A stretch of 64,000 bases of DNA from Minisyncoccota bacterium (GCA_036170235.1 JAVHOW010000016.1:5511-69510), one strand, 5' to 3'; shown: positions 29,360 to 39,821, counted from the stretch's first letter. The notes: a model not told the origin generated them from the letters alone. Translations and numbers: made by a program.

Positions 29360-30595
29360 ATGAAAAAATATATTATTGCATCAAGTATAGCTCTGTTCGC
29401 TCTCGCTTCAGTAGTTGGGGCGCAGAATTTTACATTTTTAAATAATTTGTCAGTTGGGGCTAGTAGCTCTGATGTGGTCAACCTACAAACTTGGCTTATT
29501 TCAAATGGGTATGATATTCCCGCATTGAGTTCGGGGGTGGCTTTTCATGGATATTTTGGTTCGCAAACAAAAACTGCATTAATGAAATATCAATTTTCTA
29601 ACGGAATTCCAAATACCGGCTATTTTGGTCCAATGACTAGGGGGAGGATGAATGGTGGAGATTCCCGTGGGGCAAGTCCACTCAATGTCATTTCACCAAA
29701 TGGTGGGGAAGTTTGGCAGAAAGGAACAACACAAACTATAAGATGGAATGCACCGTATTATTTCAGAGCGACGTATGCAGATATTAAACTCGTTCCGTAT
29801 TATCAGCCATGTACTGGTCAGGTATGTCCGATGGGTGCTGTGCAATCGTCAGGTGCTCAAACATCGATGATGTATCCATATCGTGCGCCGTATACAATTT
29901 CTACAAATATAAGTATCAATCAGAATTCGTATAGTTGGAAAGTTGGGAATGTATTGACTGATGGAAATCTTGATACACCGGTTGGTCAAATAGTTGCTCC
30001 AGACGGCCAATACACCATCCAAGTCTGCGAAACAGGTACCAATAATTGTGACTCAAGTAATTCACCTTTCACTATTACTTCTTCAGCCCCACTTTCAGTT
30101 TTGAAAGTAACTTCCCCAAATGGTGGGGAAGTTTGGCAGGCGAATTCAACACATCGAATCGCTTGGTCTGTAACAGATCTATCTAATGTCGATGCGCCAT
30201 TTGATATCTATCTCGATCAGGCAAATATTTACTGCATTACAACACCATGTGGGAGTACTTATGTTCTTGATAGAAACATCATGACCTCAACTATCTATAA
30301 TTGGATAGTGGCAACTGACATCAATAATGTCCAGATTCCTGCGGCAGATTATAGGGTTCGTGTTTGTATAGCCGGTTCAACGACAAACTGTGATTCGAGT
30401 GACTCATCCTTCACTATTAGCTCAACACTTCTCCGAATTTGCCCAAGTCAAAAAATAGTAAATCAGATGCCCGTTGTTACTGGTCAAGATTATCCTGCGT
30501 ACTATATATTGAACGGTCAACGTCGCGAATTGACAGAATTTGATCAAACTTGGGTACAATCAAATTGTACAGTGCCACAGCAGATAGTTTATTAG
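29360..30595 (+). CDS. Secreted peptidoglycan-binding protein with two SPNGGEVW Ig-like repeats
   Basis: Signal peptide, PG_binding_1 motif, duplicated V.SPNGGEVWQ...NCDSS.S.FTI. Confidence 0.8.
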   Translation: MKKYIIASSIALFALASVVGAQNFTFLNNLSVGASSSDVVNLQTWLISNGYDIPALSSGVAFHGYFGSQTKTALMKYQFSNGIPNTGYFGPMTRGRMNGGDSRGASPLNVISPNGGEVWQKGTTQTIRWNAPYYFRATYADIKLVPYYQPCTGQVCPMGAVQSSGAQTSMMYPYRAPYTISTNISINQNSYSWKVGNVLTDGNLDTPVGQIVAPDGQYTIQVCETGTNNCDSSNSPFTITSSAPLSVLKVTSPNGGEVWQANSTHRIAWSVTDLSNVDAPFDIYLDQANIYCITTPCGSTYVLDRNIMTSTIYNWIVATDINNVQIPAADYRVRVCIAGSTTNCDSSDSSFTISSTLLRICPSQKIVNQMPVVTGQDYPAYYILNGQRRELTEFDQTWVQSNCTVPQQIVY

Positions 30596-30762
30596 ATCTT
30601 TGCAAGAATGTGGCAAAATAAAGCAAAAATCCGTCACCAAAGACGGATTTTTGTAGAGTCTAGTATAAGGTCTCTGACCTCTCACGCCTCATCAACCGTA
30701 CAATTATAGCAAAATAATAATTACTGTCAATACTTTGTGGTTCTTTAAAGAACCTTTTAAAT

Positions 30763-30792
30763 TTGACACCCTTATTGTCTCTATGCTAAGCT
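30763..30792 (+). promoter_or_regulatory. tuf promoter
   Basis: TTGACA-18-TAAGCT with TG extension. Confidence 0.6.
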
Positions 30793-30924
30793 AGCTGGGT
30801 TCGTATTTTATAAAAACTAATAACAATTTATCCTGGCACTTGGTTTCGTTAATGGGTATTGAAGAAATGGTATAAACTTCAGCATCTGTTCACTGATCCA
30901 AGTGACAGGCACTAAAATAATATT

Positions 30925-32112
30925 ATGGCAGCAGAATTCAATCGCACAAAGCCACACGTTAACGTTGGTACCATCGGACACGTTGACCACGGCAAAACTA
31001 CGCTCACCGCTTCTATCCTTGCAGTTCAGGCCAAGAAAGGTCTTGCAAAGGACAAGTCTTATTCAGATATCGCCAAGGGTGGTACTGTTCGTGACGCGTC
31101 AAAGATCGTTACTATTTCTCTAGCTCACGTTGAGTATGAGACACCTGTTCGTCACTACGCTCACATCGACGCTCCAGGTCACGCTGACTATATCAAGAAC
31201 ATGATTACCGGTGCCGCTCAAATGGACGGTGCTATTCTCGTCGTTTCCGCTCTTGATGGTGTGATGCCACAGACTCGCGAACATATCCTTCTTGCAAAGC
31301 AAGTTGGTGTTCCAAAAGTTTTGGTTTTTCTTAACAAGTGTGACATGGTTGCCGAAGCAGATTTGCTCGACCTAGTTGAAGAAGAGGTTCGTGAACTCCT
31401 CACTAAGAACGGCTTTGATGGCAAGGAGGCTCCAGTTATCCGTGGTTCAGCATTGAAGGCTCTCGAAGGTGATCCAGTATGGACAGTCAAGATTGACGAG
31501 CTCATGAATGCTCTCGATACCTTCATCCCTATGCCAGTTCGTGATATCGACAAGCCATTCCTCATGCCGATCGAAGACATTTTCTCTATCGAAGGACGTG
31601 GAACTGTGGTTACTGGTCGTATCGAACGCGGTCAAGTCAAGGTTGGTGACGAAGTTGAGATTATCGGCTTCCGTGATACCGTAAAGACTACTATTACTGG
31701 TATCGAAATGTTCAACAAGCAGCTCAAGGAAGGTATTGCCGGAGACAACGCTGGACTCCTTCTCCGAGGTACTGCAAAGGATGACGTTTCTCGCGGTCAG
31801 GTTTTGGCCAAGACCGGTTCCGTCAAGCCTCATACCGAATTTGAGTCAGAAGTATACGTTTTGAAGAAAGAAGAAGGTGGTCGCCACACTCCATTCTTCA
31901 CTGGATATAAGCCTCAATTCTATATTCGTACTACAGACGTTACTGGTGAAGTAACCCTCCCTGAAAAGGTTGAAATGGTTATGCCAGGTGACACGATCAC
32001 TTTCAAAGTCAAACTCGTTGCTCCAGTTGCTCTCGAAGCTCAAATGCGTTTCGCCGTCCGTGAAGGAGGCAAGACCGTTGGTGCTGGAGTTATAACGAAG
32101 GTGGTAGCGTAA
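30925..32112 (+). CDS. tuf: Elongation factor Tu
   Basis: [29 protein letters not shown]. Confidence 0.98.
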   Translation: MAAEFNRTKPHVNVGTIGHVDHGKTTLTASILAVQAKKGLAKDKSYSDIAKGGTVRDASKIVTISLAHVEYETPVRHYAHIDAPGHADYIKNMITGAAQMDGAILVVSALDGVMPQTREHILLAKQVGVPKVLVFLNKCDMVAEADLLDLVEEEVRELLTKNGFDGKEAPVIRGSALKALEGDPVWTVKIDELMNALDTFIPMPVRDIDKPFLMPIEDIFSIEGRGTVVTGRIERGQVKVGDEVEIIGFRDTVKTTITGIEMFNKQLKEGIAGDNAGLLLRGTAKDDVSRGQVLAKTGSVKPHTEFESEVYVLKKEEGGRHTPFFTGYKPQFYIRTTDVTGEVTLPEKVEMVMPGDTITFKVKLVAPVALEAQMRFAVREGGKTVGAGVITKVVA

Positions 32113-32120
32113 TAGATCCC

Positions 32121-32516
32121 ATGGTTACAGAACATAAAACAATTAAAAAAGAGACTCACGCCAAGGTTCCTCGCGCACCTCGTGCCAAGAAGGTCAAGGC
32201 TGTAGGTGAGGCACCACATCTCCGTATCCGTGTTCGTGCTTATGAGCACAAGATTCTCGATGCATCATTGAAACAGATTATGGATACAGCCGCTCGTTAT
32301 GACGCGGAGATCCACGGTCCAGTTCCATTGCCGACCGAGATCAAGAAGTACACGGTCAACCGCTCTTCCTTTATTGACAAGAATAGCCGTGAACAATTCG
32401 AAATGCGCGTTCACAAGAGACTAATAGATATTATTAATCCCAATCCGAAGGTCATCGAAGCTTTGACGAATCTAAGTCTACCATCAGGGGTGAACATAGA
32501 TGTGAAGATGATGTAG
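32121..32516 (+). CDS. rpsJ: 30S protein uS10 with basic N-terminal extension
   Basis: GPVPLPT, SREQFEMRVHKRLIDI. Confidence 0.96.
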   Translation: MVTEHKTIKKETHAKVPRAPRAKKVKAVGEAPHLRIRVRAYEHKILDASLKQIMDTAARYDAEIHGPVPLPTEIKKYTVNRSSFIDKNSREQFEMRVHKRLIDIINPNPKVIEALTNLSLPSGVNIDVKMM

Positions 32517-32523
32517 TGTGATG

Positions 32524-32686
32524 GTGATGGCGCAGTGAACTTTGATTTTATGAGCCGAGAACTTGTCTGAGCGGAGTAACGCTCCAAACAAAATGGGAAT
32601 CGCCACTAATCCCTGTAACATTTTGTTTGGAGCGTACGTCGCGAGTCTCGCAGGCGAAATAAAATTAAAGTTCACTGCGCCATCAC
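32524..32686. repeat. 163-bp nested palindrome between rpsJ and rplC
   Basis: 27/28-bp outer arms and perfect 17-bp inner arms. Confidence 0.85.
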
Positions 32687-32705
32687 ACACCAATTCGTAA
32701 ATAAC

Positions 32706-33326
32706 ATGAAATTCATTCTTGGAAGAAAACTGAATATGACCCAAATCTTTGATGCCAAAGGTGCAGCATTACCTGTGACTGCTGTTTCTGTGCGTTCAAA
32801 TATTGTCACTCAAGTCCGTACCAAAGACACTGATGGTTATGAAGCTCTCCAAGTTGGAGAAGGTTCAAGGAACCCCGCTCGCATTGCCAAGCCCCAAAAA
32901 GGTCATTTCAAGGAGCTCGGTTCATTCGCTGCAGTATCTGAATTCCGAGATTATACTCCTGGAGCTGGTATGCCAACACTCAAAGTTGGTGACAAAGTTG
33001 AACTTTCACAGTTTGCCGCAGGTGACATGATTACAGTCAGTGCTATTTCCAAAGGTAAAGGTTTTCAAGGTGTGGTCAAGCGTCACGGTTTCGGTGGAGG
33101 TCCTCGCAGTCACGGTCAGAAACACTCCGAACGTGAGCCAGGTTCCATCGGTGGAGGCTTACGCACCCGCGTTCCAGTCGGTATGCGCATGGCCGGACGC
33201 ATGGGTTCTGATCGTATTACTGTGAAGAATTTGAAGGTCATTCACATTGACCCAGAGGAAAGTATCATGTATGTTTCTGGAGCTATTCCAGGCAAGAGAG
33301 GGACGTTGGTGGAGATTGTTGCATAA
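32706..33326 (+). CDS. rplC: 50S protein uL3
   Basis: KGKGFQGVVKRHGF, MAGRMG. Confidence 0.97.
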   Translation: MKFILGRKLNMTQIFDAKGAALPVTAVSVRSNIVTQVRTKDTDGYEALQVGEGSRNPARIAKPQKGHFKELGSFAAVSEFRDYTPGAGMPTLKVGDKVELSQFAAGDMITVSAISKGKGFQGVVKRHGFGGGPRSHGQKHSEREPGSIGGGLRTRVPVGMRMAGRMGSDRITVKNLKVIHIDPEESIMYVSGAIPGKRGTLVEIVA

Positions 33327-33337
33327 TGAAATAAAAT

Positions 33338-34006
33338 ATGGAATCAACTATATACAATCAAGACGGTAAATCAACAGGGAAGATCACTCTTTCCAAGGAC
33401 GTATTCGGCGTACCATGGAATGCAGACTTGGTTCATGAGATCGTTCGTTTGATGAATTCAAATTCACGCAACGCAATCGCAAACACAAAGACCCGCGGTG
33501 AAGTCCGTGGTGGCGGTAAGAAGCCATGGAAACAGAAAGGTACAGGTCGCGCTCGTCACGGTTCCAGTCGTTCTCCGATCTGGGTTGGTGGTGGTGTTAC
33601 GCATGGTCCGCGCGCAGATAAGAACTTTGACCGCAAGATCAACAAGAAAGCTAAAGTTCGAGCTCTCTACACTATTCTTTCTCGTAAATTCAAAGACGGA
33701 GAGATTTTATTTGTTGATTCATTGAATATCAAAGCTCCAAAAGCGCAGGATGCCAAGAAAATCATTTCATCTCTTGCAACCATCAAGGGTTATGAGAAGC
33801 TCGCTACCAAGTCTACGAACGCCGCCATGATTGCGCTAGACAAGAAGACCGACGCTCTAACCAAGAGTTTTCGTAATTTCGGCAATGTTTCAGTAGAGGA
33901 ATTCCGCAATATCAATCCAGTTTCTATCCTCAATCATACATATTTGATCGTTACCAATCCGGTTGAGTCGTTAAAACTTTTAACGAGTAAGACCAAAAGC
34001 GAGTAA
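33338..34006 (+). CDS. rplD: 50S protein uL4
   Basis: KPWKQKGTGRARHGS. Confidence 0.97.
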   Translation: MESTIYNQDGKSTGKITLSKDVFGVPWNADLVHEIVRLMNSNSRNAIANTKTRGEVRGGGKKPWKQKGTGRARHGSSRSPIWVGGGVTHGPRADKNFDRKINKKAKVRALYTILSRKFKDGEILFVDSLNIKAPKAQDAKKIISSLATIKGYEKLATKSTNAAMIALDKKTDALTKSFRNFGNVSVEEFRNINPVSILNHTYLIVTNPVESLKLLTSKTKSE

Positions 34007-34015
34007 ATTTAAATG

Positions 34016-34034
34016 TCCAAGGTCTGACCTTGGA
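34016..34034 (+). repeat. REP copy 5 (rplD-rplW spacer)
   Basis: TGTCCAAGGTCTGACCTTGGACA. Confidence 0.9.
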
Positions 34035-34048
34035 CAAACTAAACCACC

Positions 34049-34510
34049 ATGTCATTATTTGGATCAAAAAAGAAAACAGAAGCGGTAATTAAAACTCCGA
34101 AAGAGGCGAAGGCGGTAAAAGCTGTGTCAACAAAATCTGCAAAACCAGCAAAAGCTCCAAAGATTGAAAAGGCAAAACCTGTTTCAAAAGCTGTTACTGT
34201 TGTCGGTGATAAATTAAATACATCAGATGGAACTTTCAACACTGCATCTGTTATTCTTCGTCCTCGTATTACAGAGAAGTCAGGTATTTTGAGTCAAGGT
34301 GGTGTATACACATTCGAAGTAACCAAGGGTGCAAATAAAAATTCAGTTGCGTCTGCTGTGAAAGCGCTCTACAAAGTTATTCCAGTCAAAGTTGCAATCC
34401 TTAACAATCCTGCCAGAAACGTTTTTATCCGTGGTCGCCGAGGAGTTGTGCCAGGTGTTCGCAAGGCATTAGTTACGCTAAAGAAAGGAGATAAGATCGA
34501 CTTTGTTTAA
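34049..34510 (+). CDS. rplW: 50S protein uL23 with Lys/Ala-rich N-terminal extension
   Basis: P.ITEKS, YTFEV, KALVTLK.G. Confidence 0.93.
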   Translation: MSLFGSKKKTEAVIKTPKEAKAVKAVSTKSAKPAKAPKIEKAKPVSKAVTVVGDKLNTSDGTFNTASVILRPRITEKSGILSQGGVYTFEVTKGANKNSVASAVKALYKVIPVKVAILNNPARNVFIRGRRGVVPGVRKALVTLKKGDKIDFV

Positions 34511-34526
34511 TCTTTAATTTATTATC

Positions 34527-35384
34527 ATGAAATCATTCCGCCCAACATCAAAATCACGCCGACACATGACAGTCTTGCCATTCAAGGAATACTTGACTGC
34601 TTCAGAGCCGTACAAGCCGCTCACAATAGGTTTCAAGCGTGACATGGGGCGCAATGCTTTTGGTCGAATCACGGTTCGTCACAAGGGTGGAGGTCACAAA
34701 AAGCTTTACCGTATCATTGATTTCATGTACGACAAAAAAGACATGATTGCCACAGTTAAAACAGTTGAGTATGATCCATTCCGCACTGGTTATATTGGTT
34801 TGGTCAACTACAAGGATGGTACCAAGCGTTACGTTTTGCTTCCAAAGACTATGAAAGTCGGCAATTCATTTATCGTATCAGAGAATGCTCCTATTCAAGT
34901 CGGCAATCGTCTTCCAATCAAAAATATTCCAGTTGGTACGTTTATTTATAATATTGAAATCAAACCTGGCAGTGGTTCCAAACTCGTCCGTTCTGCTGGT
35001 TCATTTGCTCAAGTATCCGCAAACGATGCCGGTTATACCAATATCAAGCTACCATCAACTGAAGTTCGTAAGGTTCATGAAAATGCATGGGCATCGATCG
35101 GCGCGGTTTCCAATGAAGAAAATCGTCTGGTTAATATCGGCAAAGCTGGTCGCAGTCGCTGGATGGGTATTCGCCCAACAGTCCGTGGTACCGCCCAGAA
35201 CCCAGTTGACCACCCATATGGTGGAGGTGAACAACGCCAAGGTCGCGGTCTCCGTCGTTTGAAGACTCGTTGGGGCAAGCCAGCAGGTAAGGGTCAGAAG
35301 ACGCGTACCCCAAAGAAATATTCAAATGTCTTTATCGTTTCTCGAAGACAAGTTGGTAAAAAGAAGAGTGTGGCGAACCAGTAG
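34527..35384 (+). CDS. rplB: 50S protein uL2
   Basis: GRITVRHKGGG, EYDP.R, NPVDHP.GGGE. Confidence 0.97.
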   Translation: MKSFRPTSKSRRHMTVLPFKEYLTASEPYKPLTIGFKRDMGRNAFGRITVRHKGGGHKKLYRIIDFMYDKKDMIATVKTVEYDPFRTGYIGLVNYKDGTKRYVLLPKTMKVGNSFIVSENAPIQVGNRLPIKNIPVGTFIYNIEIKPGSGSKLVRSAGSFAQVSANDAGYTNIKLPSTEVRKVHENAWASIGAVSNEENRLVNIGKAGRSRWMGIRPTVRGTAQNPVDHPYGGGEQRQGRGLRRLKTRWGKPAGKGQKTRTPKKYSNVFIVSRRQVGKKKSVANQ

Positions 35385-35400
35385 GAAAAACACTTATACA

Positions 35401-35430
35401 CAAAAAATCGGTACATTACCGATTTTTTTG
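35401..35430. terminator. Bidirectional terminator after rplB
   Basis: AAAAAATCGGTA-CAT-TACCGATTTTTT. Confidence 0.8.
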
Positions 35431-35539
35431 TTATACTATCCTCCATGTTCAAATTTATAGTCAAAACAACCAAGAAAATATTCGATACGATCGCGCTTAT
35501 GATTGTTGACAAGAAGATAATTGGTTAAATTTTCAAAGT

Positions 35540-36367
35540 CTATCTAACTGCTTTCAATCTAATAGTGAATGTAGCACCGGTACCAATGCCAGCTGAATCT
35601 ACGCTTATATTTCCTTTGTGTCTCCGCGTAATAGCTTGTGCCAAGTATAGTCCAACACCAAACCCTTCAGTGTCTACAGCTTGAGCATTTTGAGCGCGGA
35701 AGAATTTGGTAAATACATGAGGTAAATCTTTTTTGTCTATGCCAATGCCATGATCTGTTATTGATATTATTGCTTCATGTCTAATTTTTTGCACAGTCAC
35801 GTCTACATTTTGACCAGGCGGGGTATACGCTAACGCATTCCCCAGTAAAGTTTGCAAGACGAACTCCATGCGTTGCGGATCTATCTTCACTTGAATGTCA
35901 GTCGAAGGGCATTGCACGGAAAAGAAAATATTTTTTTCATGAAATGCATCTTTTAAGATATTACTGACTGTACGTACAAATTCACAAAGATTTACTTTTT
36001 CAAAAGCATATGCGGAAACCGAGTTGTTGTCAGAATCCGTGAGCTCAATGAGTGTATTGGTAAGTTTGATGAGCTTTTCATTTGATTGTTGTATGTCCTG
36101 GATGCTTTGGTGTTTGTAGGAATCTTGTTCAGATTTTAACAGTTCTTCCGATACCCACTTTACTTGAGTGAGTGGCGTGCGAAACTTGTGAGCAATGATG
36201 GTGATGAATTCGTATTTGAGAGTTTCATTTGTCCGAAGTTTCTTAACTATAGTCCAGATAATAATACTCAAGAACAAAAGTATTGAAATTACAAATAGTG
36301 TCGCGATGAAGCCATTTTGAATAGAAATTGAGAAGATAAGACCAAATAATGATTTTTGATTTTCCAT
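35540..36367 (-). CDS. Orphan sensor histidine kinase inserted between rplB and rpsS
   Basis: AHKFRTPLT, NAL.YT, D.GIGI, G.GVGL; likely ATG at 36367. Confidence 0.9.
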   Translation of the reverse strand: MENQKSLFGLIFSISIQNGFIATLFVISILLFLSIIIWTIVKKLRTNETLKYEFITIIAHKFRTPLTQVKWVSEELLKSEQDSYKHQSIQDIQQSNEKLIKLTNTLIELTDSDNNSVSAYAFEKVNLCEFVRTVSNILKDAFHEKNIFFSVQCPSTDIQVKIDPQRMEFVLQTLLGNALAYTPPGQNVDVTVQKIRHEAIISITDHGIGIDKKDLPHVFTKFFRAQNAQAVDTEGFGVGLYLAQAITRRHKGNISVDSAGIGTGATFTIRLKAVR

Positions 36368-36602
36368 GGTGATAAGATGACTTACTATAAGTATATCATA
36401 TGCCTGCTGAAGTGAGCGCGTCATATATTGCGGTGCTAAGTATTCTAGCTATAACGAGGGAGTCGAAGAATTTTTATAATAGGAAAAGGAATTTGAGGAG
36501 GTAGGGTATTTGATTCTCCTTTTTCAATCGATATAGCTCATATTAAACTGTTACCGTAGATCATTCTGAACTTTTCTGGTTGCCGAATCGTTTTTCATCA
36601 AT

Positions 36603-36631
36603 TTGACTTCAAACCGCCGCTCTGTTAAGAT
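36603..36631 (+). promoter_or_regulatory. Promoter restarting the S10 cluster at rpsS
   Basis: TTGACT-17-TAAGAT with TG extension. Confidence 0.7.
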
Positions 36632-36740
36632 GCTTGGCAAGCTCTGTGGAGCCTATTTTATTCGGTTTCTTGTTGAAAGATGCATGCGCGTTCGCATCTC
36701 AATCTTTCAATTATTTAATTTTCAAATTGTAATTTAAATC

Positions 36741-37088
36741 ATGGCACGATCACTTAAGAAAGGACCCTATATCGAAGAGCGACTCTTGAAGAAGATCGCA
36801 GGGAAAAAGCCGGCAACAACTGGGGTTATTAAGACTTGGTCACGCCGCTCCCAGATTTCACCGGAGATGGTGGGTTTCGTTTTTGGTGTCCACAATGGGA
36901 AGATACATATAGAAGTTTTGGTAACCGAGGATATGGTTGGACACCGCCTCGGTGAATTTTCGCCTACACGCAAGTTCGTGCGTCATGGAGGTAAGATGCA
37001 GAAGGAGATTGAAATGAAGGCTAAGGAAGCAGAAGTTTCAGCCGCAAAATCTGCAAAGGAAGCCGCTACAACCGCTACCAAAAAATAA
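36741..37088 (+). CDS. rpsS: 30S protein uS19
   Basis: RSLKKGP, KTWSRRS, MVGH.LGEF. Confidence 0.97.
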   Translation: MARSLKKGPYIEERLLKKIAGKKPATTGVIKTWSRRSQISPEMVGFVFGVHNGKIHIEVLVTEDMVGHRLGEFSPTRKFVRHGGKMQKEIEMKAKEAEVSAAKSAKEAATTATKK

Positions 37089-37097
37089 TATACTGAC

Positions 37098-37475
37098 ATG
37101 ATTACCGCATCACTCCAAAATCATCGCATCTCTCCTCGCAAAGTCCGTCTGGTCGCAGATATGATTCGCGGTAAAAACGTCATTTTGGCAAAAACTATTT
37201 TGACCAATGCCTCCAAGAAGGCCAAGCATCCTATACATGACCTTTTGGATTCCGCTATTGCCAACGCTCTGCACAATCACAAAATTGATTCAGAGAACCT
37301 TTTTGTACAAGAGATTCGCGTTGATCAAGGTTTTGTTATGAAGCGTTCCATGCCAGTTTCGCGTGGTTCAGCGCATCCGATCAAAAAGAGGACCAGTCAT
37401 ATTAGTATTATTTTGGCACCACGCGTAAAAGCAGTTAAGCCAGTTGCTAAAACAGCTGTCAAATCAAAAAAATAA
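37098..37475 (+). CDS. rplV: 50S protein uL22
   Basis: RISPRKVRLVAD.IRG, KRTSHI. Confidence 0.96.
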   Translation: MITASLQNHRISPRKVRLVADMIRGKNVILAKTILTNASKKAKHPIHDLLDSAIANALHNHKIDSENLFVQEIRVDQGFVMKRSMPVSRGSAHPIKKRTSHISIILAPRVKAVKPVAKTAVKSKK

Positions 37476-37476
37476 C

Positions 37477-38151
37477 ATGTCCCACACCGTACATCCATAT
37501 TCACATAGACTTGGTATCATTCGCGATTGGAAGAGTCGCTGGTTTGGCATGGATAAAGGATATCGCACAGCTTTGAAGGCTGATTTGTCGGTTCGTGAAT
37601 TCCTCCAAAAAGAACTTCGCGCCAACTATATTGGTGGTATTGATATTGAGCGCAATCAGAAAGTTCTTCGCGTGATCATCAAAACATCTCGCCCAGGTAT
37701 GCTCATTGGCAAAGCTGGTGACGGTGTTGTCAAACTTCGTGAAAAGATAGCCAAGATTATTCGCAATGCAAAAGCCGAAGTCCCAGGACAAGAGCTCAAG
37801 GTTGATATCGAAGAGATTCGTAATCCAGAGTCAAACGCAATGATCGCTGGCATGATGATCGCTGAATCACTAGAAAAGCGTTTGCCATTCCGTCGTGTGA
37901 TGAAACAAACTATTGAAAAAGTCATGGCGAACAAGAGTGTTCTCGGTATCCGTATTCGTCTAGGTGGTCGTCTCGGTGGCGCGGAGATCGCTCGCAGTGA
38001 GGAACTCAAGAAAGGCCGTATTCCACTTCAGACACTCCGCGCGGATATTGATTTCGCTCGCGAAAAGGCCCATATGACCTACGGCGATATTGGTATCAAA
38101 GTTTGGATTTATAAGGGTGAGATTTTCAAAAAAGACCAAAAGAACGCATAA
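37477..38151 (+). CDS. rpsC: 30S protein uS3
   Basis: GRLGGAEIAR, IPLQTLRADID, GIKVWI. Confidence 0.97.
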   Translation: MSHTVHPYSHRLGIIRDWKSRWFGMDKGYRTALKADLSVREFLQKELRANYIGGIDIERNQKVLRVIIKTSRPGMLIGKAGDGVVKLREKIAKIIRNAKAEVPGQELKVDIEEIRNPESNAMIAGMMIAESLEKRLPFRRVMKQTIEKVMANKSVLGIRIRLGGRLGGAEIARSEELKKGRIPLQTLRADIDFAREKAHMTYGDIGIKVWIYKGEIFKKDQKNA

Positions 38152-38171
38152 TTTTTCATTAATTTACTACC

Positions 38172-38597
38172 ATGTTATTCCCAAAGAAAGTAAAACATCG
38201 CAAACACTTCACCAAGCGCAAAAATCGCGCCAAGGAAGCTGGTAAACACGAGACGCGTGGCGTCACGGTTGCTTTTGGATCATTTGGTCTCAAAGCTATG
38301 GCATATTCTCGCGTCACTTCAAATCAAATTGAAGCCGCTCGTAAGGTTATGACACGATATGCCACAAAATCTGGTAAGGTTTGGATTCGAATTTTTCCTG
38401 ATATGCCATTCACTCAGAAGCCAGCCGAAGTAAAAATGGGAAAAGGAAAAGGTGATCCAGTCGGTTTCGTAGCCGAAGTTCGTCCAGGTCGTATCATGTT
38501 CGAGATCGATGGTGTTGATAACAAGACCGCGGCAGAGGCACTTCGCAAAGCTGGCACCAAGTTGCCAGTGAAGACCAAGGTTGTAGCGCGCCTTTAG
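38172..38597 (+). CDS. rplP: 50S protein uL16
   Basis: QIEAAR, WIRIFPD, MGKGKG. Confidence 0.97.
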   Translation: MLFPKKVKHRKHFTKRKNRAKEAGKHETRGVTVAFGSFGLKAMAYSRVTSNQIEAARKVMTRYATKSGKVWIRIFPDMPFTQKPAEVKMGKGKGDPVGFVAEVRPGRIMFEIDGVDNKTAAEALRKAGTKLPVKTKVVARL

Positions 38598-38653
38598 GAT
38601 ACGAATAACGAATAACGAAGAAAGATTCACGATTCACGAATAAAAACAAAACT

Positions 38654-38851
38654 ATGAAAAACAAAGACATTTCAAATAAAACACCTTCTGACCTAACCAA
38701 GCTTATTACAGAAAAGCGTGAAGCTCTTCGTGTATTCAGATTTGGATCCGCTGGCGCAAAGGCTAAAAACGTCAAAGAAGGAAGGGCTATCAGAAAAGAT
38801 ATCGCTCGAATATTGACTGCTTTGAATGTATCAAAACATGTCGCGAAATAA
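38654..38851 (+). CDS. rpmC: 50S protein uL29
   Basis: RKDIARILT; operon position. Confidence 0.93.
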   Translation: MKNKDISNKTPSDLTKLITEKREALRVFRFGSAGAKAKNVKEGRAIRKDIARILTALNVSKHVAK

Positions 38852-38925
38852 AAACCAGCAGATGATTTTGCCAAATCAAGCGATAAACTAGACAAATCAC
38901 CAAATTTCAAGTAAACTCCAAACTC

Positions 38926-39183
38926 ATGACTACTCCAGCAACAACCGAAAAGAAGCTCAAACGCCAGACATTCACTGGTGTGGTGACTTCTGATAAGATG
39001 AAAGATACCTGTGTGGTAGTCATTGAGCGCTACGTCAAGCATGCCAAGTACCACAAGTATATGACCAAGAAGACCAAGCTTATGGCGCACGATGTTGGTA
39101 ATACCAAGAAGATTGGCGATAAGGCGACTATCGAAGCTTGCAGACCACTTTCCAAGAACAAGTCATTCAAAGTCATTGCATAA
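38926..39183 (+). CDS. rpsQ: 30S protein uS17
   Basis: GVV.SDKM, AHD, RPLSK.K. Confidence 0.96.
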   Translation: MTTPATTEKKLKRQTFTGVVTSDKMKDTCVVVIERYVKHAKYHKYMTKKTKLMAHDVGNTKKIGDKATIEACRPLSKNKSFKVIA

Positions 39184-39203
39184 TATTCTAGAACTAAACT
39201 ACT

Positions 39204-39575
39204 ATGATTCAACCACGTTCAATTGTTAATATCGCTGATAACTCCGGAGCCAAGATCGGACGTATTTTCAAGGTACTTGGATCTTCAAAAAAGCGTTACG
39301 CTGAGCTTGGTGAGATCGTGGTGCTTTCAGTTCAAAAGGCAGAGCCACGTAAGGCTATCAAGAAGAAAGACGTTCTTCATGCCGTGGTTGTTCGTCAGGT
39401 AAAGCCGACTCGTCGCAAAGATGGTTCATACATTCGTTTTGATGAGAACGCAGTGGTCATTATCGAAAAAGGCAAAAAGGAGCCGGTCGCTGGTCGTATC
39501 TTCGGACCGATCCCTCGCGAGATTGGTGAAGCTGGATTCAAGACTATTGCTTCAAAGGCGCCAGAAATTGTTTAA
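39204..39575 (+). CDS. rplN: 50S protein uL14
   Basis: ADNSGAK, RFDENA, RIFGP. Confidence 0.97.
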   Translation: MIQPRSIVNIADNSGAKIGRIFKVLGSSKKRYAELGEIVVLSVQKAEPRKAIKKKDVLHAVVVRQVKPTRRKDGSYIRFDENAVVIIEKGKKEPVAGRIFGPIPREIGEAGFKTIASKAPEIV

Positions 39576-39584
39576 ATTAATATC

Positions 39585-39803
39585 ATGCATATCAAGAAAG
39601 GAGATACAGTACTAATATTGTCAGGTGACGACAAAGGCAAGACCGGCAAGGTTGTCAAGGCTTTTCCTGCAGAAGGTAAAGTAGTCGTCGAAGGTATGAA
39701 TACGGTCCGCAAGCATCAGCGTCCAACTAAGCAAGGTCAGAAGGGTCAGGTCGTTGATCTCGCTATGCCAATGCATGCATCGAAGGTCGCTAAAAAAGAA
39801 TAA
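39585..39803 (+). CDS. rplX: 50S protein uL24 (short)
   Basis: KKGDTV..LSG.DKGK.G KOW motif. Confidence 0.95.
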   Translation: MHIKKGDTVLILSGDDKGKTGKVVKAFPAEGKVVVEGMNTVRKHQRPTKQGQKGQVVDLAMPMHASKVAKKE

Positions 39804-39821
39804 CGATTGAATTTCAATATC

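Noticed and set aside
30666-30680. Degenerate REP-like sequences (also 11557-11574 and 43477-43487)
   Set aside because: Too partial to distinguish from chance
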